Of a stretch of DNA of 64,000 bases, positions 63,176 to 64,000 are shown piece after piece. Where the stretch lies: assembly GCA_964016885.1 (NCBI GenBank), contig OZ024742.1, positions 279,620,001 through 279,684,000 of the forward strand. Reading direction: 5' to 3'. The stretch comes from Eledone cirrhosa (lineage: Eukaryota). How positions within the stretch are numbered: the first letter of the stretch is position 1; each line of letters begins with the position of its first letter. Position numbers and translations under genes: made by a program. Below the pieces are notes generated by a model. The model was not told the DNA's origin and ran no database searches. It saw only the letters and a program-made list of their open reading frames with translations.

Positions 63176-64000
63176 TACTAGTCTCTCTCACACACACACA
63201 TACACACAGAGTCTTCCACACATATATAAATGTGTGTGTGTGTGAGAAAATGTGTTTGTTTGTCTATGCTTATGTGTGCGTAAATCTTACTGATGTTTTT
63301 AGAATATTCTACATTAAAATTTTGTTTCCATGCAAACATTAAATGTTTACATAGAATTATTTGGTATTGGCTTTGTGAGTCTCTGGCCTTTTGTTGACAC
63401 ATTTTATGAGAAGAAAATGTATATCCCCACCCCATGTGCCTCTTTCTCTCTTCTCCCCCTTTGTCTTTCGTTCTCTTTCTTTTTCACCCTCTTGACATAA
63501 AACAGTTTAATTGCCATATTCTTTGAAACAATTTAAATTCCAGTGCCTAAATAATGAATGAAATTAAATAGTGTTTACTTCCAATTGTCGTTTCACACCC
63601 TCCCGTCTTTTGATCTCGAAGAAAAAAAAAAGGAAACCACTTGATCTTTTAACATTTAGTTATTTTATTACCTAAATCATCAATTTTCGCGATTTCATAT
63701 ATTTACGGAAACATTTTCCCGCGAAAATTGTTTCTCCTATTTTCGATTGCAGCCATATTACAGTGTGTGTACATCTCTGAACGTGAGCGAGATATATACT
63801 ATATATATATGGCATTCATGTCACAAACACTTCATATAATAACCATCATCACAAATCATTGAATCTAGTATACTTTGTGTTTGAACCTTTTAATACCAAG
63901 CTGTCTGAAACCCCCATGTTTCTAGAAAGCAAAATTATATTTATCTAAAATCCTTCCATTAAATTTTATATAAGAATAGGCGGTGGATTGTCAGTATCGG

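Overview
This is AT-rich, microsatellite-dense animal DNA with no intact multi-exon host gene. The SINE and microsatellite profile suggests an octopus or other coleoid cephalopod (inference). Most of the window is retroelement debris inserted into (TA)n/(CA)n tracts: at least six Penelope-like element (PLE) RT/GIY-YIG fragments, a 5'-truncated CR1-type LINE, two RTE LINEs in a ~11 kb inverted arrangement, RTE-derived non-autonomous elements, many SINEs and probable Helitron ends. The spacer between the two RTE LINEs holds an intronless fragment resembling the IFT88 N-terminus. The main signal missed by the ORF track is RNA-level: the window is rich in hammerhead ribozyme (HHR) motifs. A non-coding 628-bp unit is repeated ~8.4 times almost identically (28766-34031) between long (TA)n tracts, and each full unit carries a complete type I HHR. 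This is the architecture of a retrozyme or circular-RNA-derived insertion. A second, unrelated ~470-510-bp HHR repeat (18929-20463) is both tandem and inverted. About a dozen more intact, variant (U3-A8) or half hammerheads sit in PLE terminal repeats, often in fold-back pairs. All folds were deduced by eye; no database search or folding program was run.
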